A DNA stretch of 64,000 nt from a virus (Duplodnaviria; Caudoviricetes): positions 1 to 64,000 of IMG/VR virus record IMGVR_UViG_3300025848_000001; one strand, 5' to 3'. Positions 60,705 to 64,000 of the stretch are shown here, piece by piece; the stretch's first letter is position 1; the number at the start of each line of letters is the position of its first letter. The notes beneath the pieces were generated by a model. That model was not told the origin of the DNA. It saw only the letters and a list, made by a program, of their open reading frames with translations, and did not search any database. Position numbers and translations under genes: made by a program.

Positions 60705-61322
60705 TTGACATGCATTATAAAACAATGTTATTATTATAGTCCGTTATCTCTAATGGAGGAAATGCCAATGGAGAATAAAGAAAAACTTAGTGATGTATTA
60801 CATCATTATGTTGCAATAGCAGTTGGTTTAATGTTTTTATATTCTGGTTCGCCAGTTATTAATTCTACGCCAGCTGAGGCTTTGGTTGTAAAACCAGAGA
60901 CAAAAAATGAAGCACAACTGAAAAGAGAAACGCTGGAAAAATTCAGCAATACTGTATACAAACCTTCAGAAATGCTTACAGACAAAGAATTGAAATCACT
61001 TCTTAGAAATGTAGGATTTGAAGGAAACGCCCTTAAAATGGCGTGGGCTGTAGCTAAAGCGGAGTCTAATGGACGACCTATGGCTTATAACGGCAACAGG
61101 AATACTGGAGACAGTTCCTACGGAATTTTTCAGATCAATATGCTGGGAGCTCTTGGCACAGATCGTAAAGAGAAATTCGAATTGAGATCAAATGTACTTT
61201 TATTTGATCCAGTCATAAACGCAGAGATAACGTATCATATGACTCAAGGCGGAAAGAATTGGTCATCTTGGCCTAATTCTATTAATAAAGCAAAGAAATT
61301 GATAAATCAATTTCCAAAATAG
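60705..61322 (+). CDS. Lytic transglycosylase (lysozyme-like) with N-terminal hydrophobic anchor
   Basis: AKAESNG...DSSYGIFQIN...NA...NWSSW; real start probably 60762 or 60768 (GGAGG RBS). Confidence 0.85.
   Translation: MTCIIKQCYYYSPLSLMEEMPMENKEKLSDVLHHYVAIAVGLMFLYSGSPVINSTPAEALVVKPETKNEAQLKRETLEKFSNTVYKPSEMLTDKELKSLLRNVGFEGNALKMAWAVAKAESNGRPMAYNGNRNTGDSSYGIFQINMLGALGTDRKEKFELRSNVLLFDPVINAEITYHMTQGGKNWSSWPNSINKAKKLINQFPK
60706..60735 (+). promoter_or_regulatory. Sigma70/SigA-like promoter
   Basis: TTGACA-18 nt-TATTAT with a TG extension, at the start of the divergent plus-strand block. Confidence 0.55.
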
Positions 61323-61334
61323 TTAGGAGATAAA

Positions 61335-61544
61335 TTGAAGATACAGGTTGTATCCAAATATTTATCTTTAGCAGAAGAGGGCCTTGTTCAAAAAATGGAA
61401 TGTCCATTAGATCAAGGCCTTCTTATGCCAAATCAGGATAACGATGATAAAATATTTTTATATTGTCTTTCTTGTGAGTATAAAAAAATAATAGGCTTAG
61501 AAATGTACAATAAAATGAAAAGAGCTATGGATGCAAAGAGTTGA
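61335..61544 (+). CDS. Small zinc-ribbon-like protein
   Basis: CPLD...CLSC; AGGAG RBS. Confidence 0.65.
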   Translation: MKIQVVSKYLSLAEEGLVQKMECPLDQGLLMPNQDNDDKIFLYCLSCEYKKIIGLEMYNKMKRAMDAKS

Positions 61545-61722
61545 TTTAGATCAAGAACTTGTAAGAATGGTTGCACGTAGTATTCCATGTATACACATGA
61601 ATACTGATTTTTTAGCTGCAAATGCAATATCTGTTTTTTTAAAATATTTAAAAAATTGTAAAGAAAATTCATTATCTCTTGATGATGCAATTAATAATAT
61701 TAAGTTAAAAGATGTCGAATAA
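61531..61722 (+). CDS. Hypothetical protein
   Basis: Overlaps both neighbours in the plus-strand operon. Confidence 0.5.
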   Translation: MQRVDLDQELVRMVARSIPCIHMNTDFLAANAISVFLKYLKNCKENSLSLDDAINNIKLKDVE

Positions 61723-61939
61723 CGACGGGTTAGAACCAAAAAATTTAGAAGATAACATACCACTAGTTAGCTATATAATGCTTCATAGAATATATGATGT
61801 ACTTACGCTAATAGCTAATTTATCTTCAAAAACAGAAGAAGATAGACTTCAAATATCAAAAATGGTAGAATATCATAAACAGGGCTACCTGCTAGGGCCT
61901 GCCCCATCTTATAATGAATCAGGAGATAATAATGGATAA
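61712..61939 (+). CDS. Hypothetical protein
   Basis: Operon continuity. Confidence 0.65.
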   Translation: MSNNDGLEPKNLEDNIPLVSYIMLHRIYDVLTLIANLSSKTEEDRLQISKMVEYHKQGYLLGPAPSYNESGDNNG

Positions 61940-62117
61940 AGAATCTATATTAAACCTTATGGTTGATAAATTTGTTGAGGGTAATAGATACCTCGGCGCT
62001 AGCTCTGGAATGACACCAGAGGAAATTGAATTAAAATTATCAGAAGGTATGATGGCAATAAATTATTTATTATCAGAAGTGTATGACGAGCTTCTTGCAA
62101 AAGATTTGCTTAAATAG
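61932..62117 (+). CDS. Hypothetical protein
   Basis: AGGAG RBS before ATG 61932 (track starts at 61914). Confidence 0.6.
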   Translation: MDKESILNLMVDKFVEGNRYLGASSGMTPEEIELKLSEGMMAINYLLSEVYDELLAKDLLK

Positions 62118-62134
62118 TAAAATATATACTATCG

Positions 62135-62170
62135 CAAAACCCTGAAGAATCCGCCTTCTTCAGGGTTTTG
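62135..62170 (+). terminator. Perfect 15-bp-stem hairpin
   Basis: CAAAACCCTGAAGAA-TCCGCC-TTCTTCAGGGTTTTG. Confidence 0.75.
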
Positions 62171-62197
62171 TGCTGTTTGGTGGTATAATAAAAACAT

Positions 62198-62347
62198 ATG
62201 GAAACTAATAAAAAAGTAGAGAAAGTAGCTGAAATTATAAGAATGACAGCTCCAGATTTTACTGTTGCAAAATCTTATTTTTTGGCTTTTAATATAGTAG
62301 AAGCACTTAGAGATTTTCCTGAACAAGATTTAAGGGAGATCCCGTAA
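62198..62347 (+). CDS. 49-aa hypothetical protein (not in track)
   Basis: METNKKVEKVAEIIRMTAPD...; TGGTATAAT 8 nt upstream. Confidence 0.55.
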   Translation: METNKKVEKVAEIIRMTAPDFTVAKSYFLAFNIVEALRDFPEQDLREIP

Positions 62348-62514
62348 TGGTTGATGGCCCAAGAAGACATTTTTCTAAACTAATGCATTCTCCATATTTT
62401 CAAACACAGCATTATAAAGAAGAACATACAAGTCTTGAACGAAAAATAGAAAAACCTATTATATATGTATTAAATAAAATATTATTTTGGAAGGATAAAG
62501 ATGTTTTACGATAG
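62347..62514 (+). CDS. 55-aa hypothetical protein (not in track)
   Basis: TAATG overlap with the upstream ORF; MVDGPRRHFSKLMHSPYF... Confidence 0.55.
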   Translation: MVDGPRRHFSKLMHSPYFQTQHYKEEHTSLERKIEKPIIYVLNKILFWKDKDVLR

Positions 62515-63343
62515 ACCTGACTGTACAATACTTTCTAAATCAGTAGATGAATATGGAACGCCTACTGGTGTATTTGTATTTAAAAAAATCATACCTGAAG
62601 ATATGATAAATCATTTTGAATCTCAATTAAAAAAACAAGAAGAAGATGCAGTTGTTAACGTTTATAAAGACACTTTAATCGATTGGTATTCTGAAAAAAC
62701 AACAGCTCCAGTTGATGGAATTATTAATTTATGGGAAACAATTAGTGATATTATCTACCCAGAATATGTTATACACCCCTGCAGAAACTTTTTAAAAGTT
62801 AAACCTGGCGATAATGGAATGTTTACCCATTCAGATTCACCTGGTAAAAACTCTTGTCATTTACTATCTCAAGTAGATGTATTTAAAACATGTTGTATTA
62901 TAGATTATGGCTTAGTAGCATACCTTGGTGATTTTGAAGGTGGTGAAGTGTTTTATCCAAATTTAAATCCTGATGGAACCAAAAAGGTTGATAATTTTGA
63001 TGGGCCTTGTTTAGAATATAAACCAGAAAAGGGAGATGTTATTATTCACGGAGCATTTACTGATTATGCACATGGAGTAAGAGAAGTAAAGTCTGGAATA
63101 AGATACGCATTTTCTAATTTCGTACTTAAGTATGAAGAAAATCCAGGAACTTTTTATAATTATAAAACACAAGAATATTATAATCAAATAGGAGACAAAA
63201 CTTTAGATTTTGAATTAGACTGGATGACTCCACTAAAACAAAATCCACAATTTACTCCAGAACTCATAAAGCAATATCAAGAATCAGGATTAAAAGGCCC
63301 AGATCTAGCAGAACACTTTTTTAAAGATATGGTAGAAAATTAA
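62501..63343 (+). CDS. 2OG-Fe(II) oxygenase, prolyl 4-hydroxylase-like (sixth copy)
   Basis: THSD...YLGDFEGGEVFY...HGVREV..G.RYA. Confidence 0.88.
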   Translation: MFYDRPDCTILSKSVDEYGTPTGVFVFKKIIPEDMINHFESQLKKQEEDAVVNVYKDTLIDWYSEKTTAPVDGIINLWETISDIIYPEYVIHPCRNFLKVKPGDNGMFTHSDSPGKNSCHLLSQVDVFKTCCIIDYGLVAYLGDFEGGEVFYPNLNPDGTKKVDNFDGPCLEYKPEKGDVIIHGAFTDYAHGVREVKSGIRYAFSNFVLKYEENPGTFYNYKTQEYYNQIGDKTLDFELDWMTPLKQNPQFTPELIKQYQESGLKGPDLAEHFFKDMVEN

Positions 63344-63397
63344 TACTTATTTAGTGAAAAAGTGCGAAAAAGTGCGGCGGAAGTAGAAGAGAACATT

Positions 63398-63413
63398 TGT
63401 TTCACATGAAACA
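63398..63413. promoter_or_regulatory. parS-like palindrome
   Basis: TGTTTCACATGAAACA, one mismatch to the bacterial parS consensus TGTTTCACGTGAAACA; intergenic. Confidence 0.7.
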
Positions 63414-63415
63414 TA

Positions 63416-63523
63416 TTATCCTTTTCTCCTCCAATGATCATTATCTTCATTAAGGGATGCCAATAAGGCAAATGCCATAAGAATAATGCCAGATATACAT
63501 CCAATAAAGAAAGCTATCTCCAT
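63416..63523 (-). CDS. 35-aa single-TM protein (not in track)
   Basis: MEIAFFIGCISGIILMAFALLASLNEDNDHWRRKG. Confidence 0.5.
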   Translation of the reverse strand: MEIAFFIGCISGIILMAFALLASLNEDNDHWRRKG

Positions 63524-63527
63524 ATAA

Positions 63528-63719
63528 TCACCATTTACCAAGAGGACATGTGGCATTTTCTAATTTAGCCTTAGCAGGCATAATACAGCCACATTTCTTG
63601 CATTGTTGTGTTAATTGTATTAATTCAGGACATTTATCACAAATATCCAGTCTATAGGTATATAGTTCTTCTTTTGATCTAGGTTGTTTTGGATTAAATA
63701 GGTCCCAGGGTTTTACCAT
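63528..63719 (-). CDS. Cys-rich small protein (DUF6171-like)
   Basis: RLDICDKC...CKKCGC...CPLGKW. Confidence 0.7.
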   Translation of the reverse strand: MVKPWDLFNPKQPRSKEELYTYRLDICDKCPELIQLTQQCKKCGCIMPAKAKLENATCPLGKW

Positions 63720-63747
63720 TGATTCCCCCTTTTAAATATTAAGATAG

Positions 63748-63822
63748 TAGGCCTAATCGGATTTGAACCGATACTCGATTGTATATAAGACAATTGCTTT
63801 CACCAGATTAAGCTATAGGCCC
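63748..63822 (-). tRNA. tRNA-Ile (anticodon UAU), CCA not encoded
   Basis: Cloverleaf: GGGCCTA/TAGGCCT acceptor stem, GCTT/AAGC D stem, ATTGT-CT TAT AT-ACAAT anticodon arm, ATCGG-TTCAAAT-CCGAT T arm, discriminator A. Confidence 0.9.
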
Positions 63823-63897
63823 AAAGAATATTTGGATTGCTATGCCAGATATGATGGTTATTATGGCTATTGCTGTTATGGTGATAAGTAGTCTCAT
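63808..63897 (-). CDS. 29-aa Ile-rich ORF overlapping the tRNA-Ile 5' end (candidate leader peptide)
   Basis: MRLLITITAIAIITIISGIAIQIFFGPIA; 8 ATA + 3 ATC codons; AAAGGCGG upstream. Confidence 0.5.
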   Translation of the reverse strand: MRLLITITAIAIITIISGIAIQIFFGPIA

Positions 63898-64000
63898 TTT
63901 AGATTTTTCCCGCCTTTTCTTGTATATATATAATATATATTATATAGTGATATCTGGGAATATTAGATTTTAGGAAAGCCCCCCTACCCCCCAAAAAGAA

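Noticed and set aside
60575-60705. Replication origin in the AT-rich divergent intergenic region
   Set aside because: Only AT-richness and short TAGTTAACTA-type palindromes; no iterons, so not supportable.
63340-63414. 24-aa minus-strand ORF MFHVKQMFSS...
   Set aside because: MFHVKQ is simply the translation of a parS palindrome; no other coding support.

Overview
A 64 kb segment of a large, AT-rich, tailed dsDNA phage with siphovirus-type morphogenesis genes. No bacterial chromosome is visible. Almost all genes from 1 to 60.6 kb are on the minus strand. In order: a replication block (DnaE-type polymerase running off the window edge, SSB, primase, DnaB helicase, phosphoesterase); a tail module (chaperone-cleaved tail fibre, baseplate/distal proteins, 3445-aa tape measure, frameshifted tail chaperone, major tail protein); a neck/head module (MCP, protease-scaffold, portal); about 21 kb of virion fibre/decoration genes; a holin-like gene; and a class II RNR. 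A divergent plus-strand block follows, and a tRNA-Ile(UAU) lies near the end. An actinobacterial host is inferred from gene order, leaderless-type promoters and a parS-like site, but is not proven. The most notable observations: (1) five prolyl-hydroxylase-like 2OG-Fe(II) oxygenases, a DUF6065-like gene and a GT4 glycosyltransferase sit between a (FFAPP)n-tailed FN3 protein and a Thr-rich collagen, a candidate virion-protein hydroxylation/glycosylation pathway; (2) the tape measure is built of cassettes (kinase-like, lysozyme, ADP-ribosyltransferase-like) delimited by recurring [FYLM]xxGG motifs; (3) an AUA-rich 29-codon ORF overlaps the 5' end of the tRNA-Ile(UAU); (4) a near-consensus parS site. 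All family calls come from motif recognition by eye; no searches were run.
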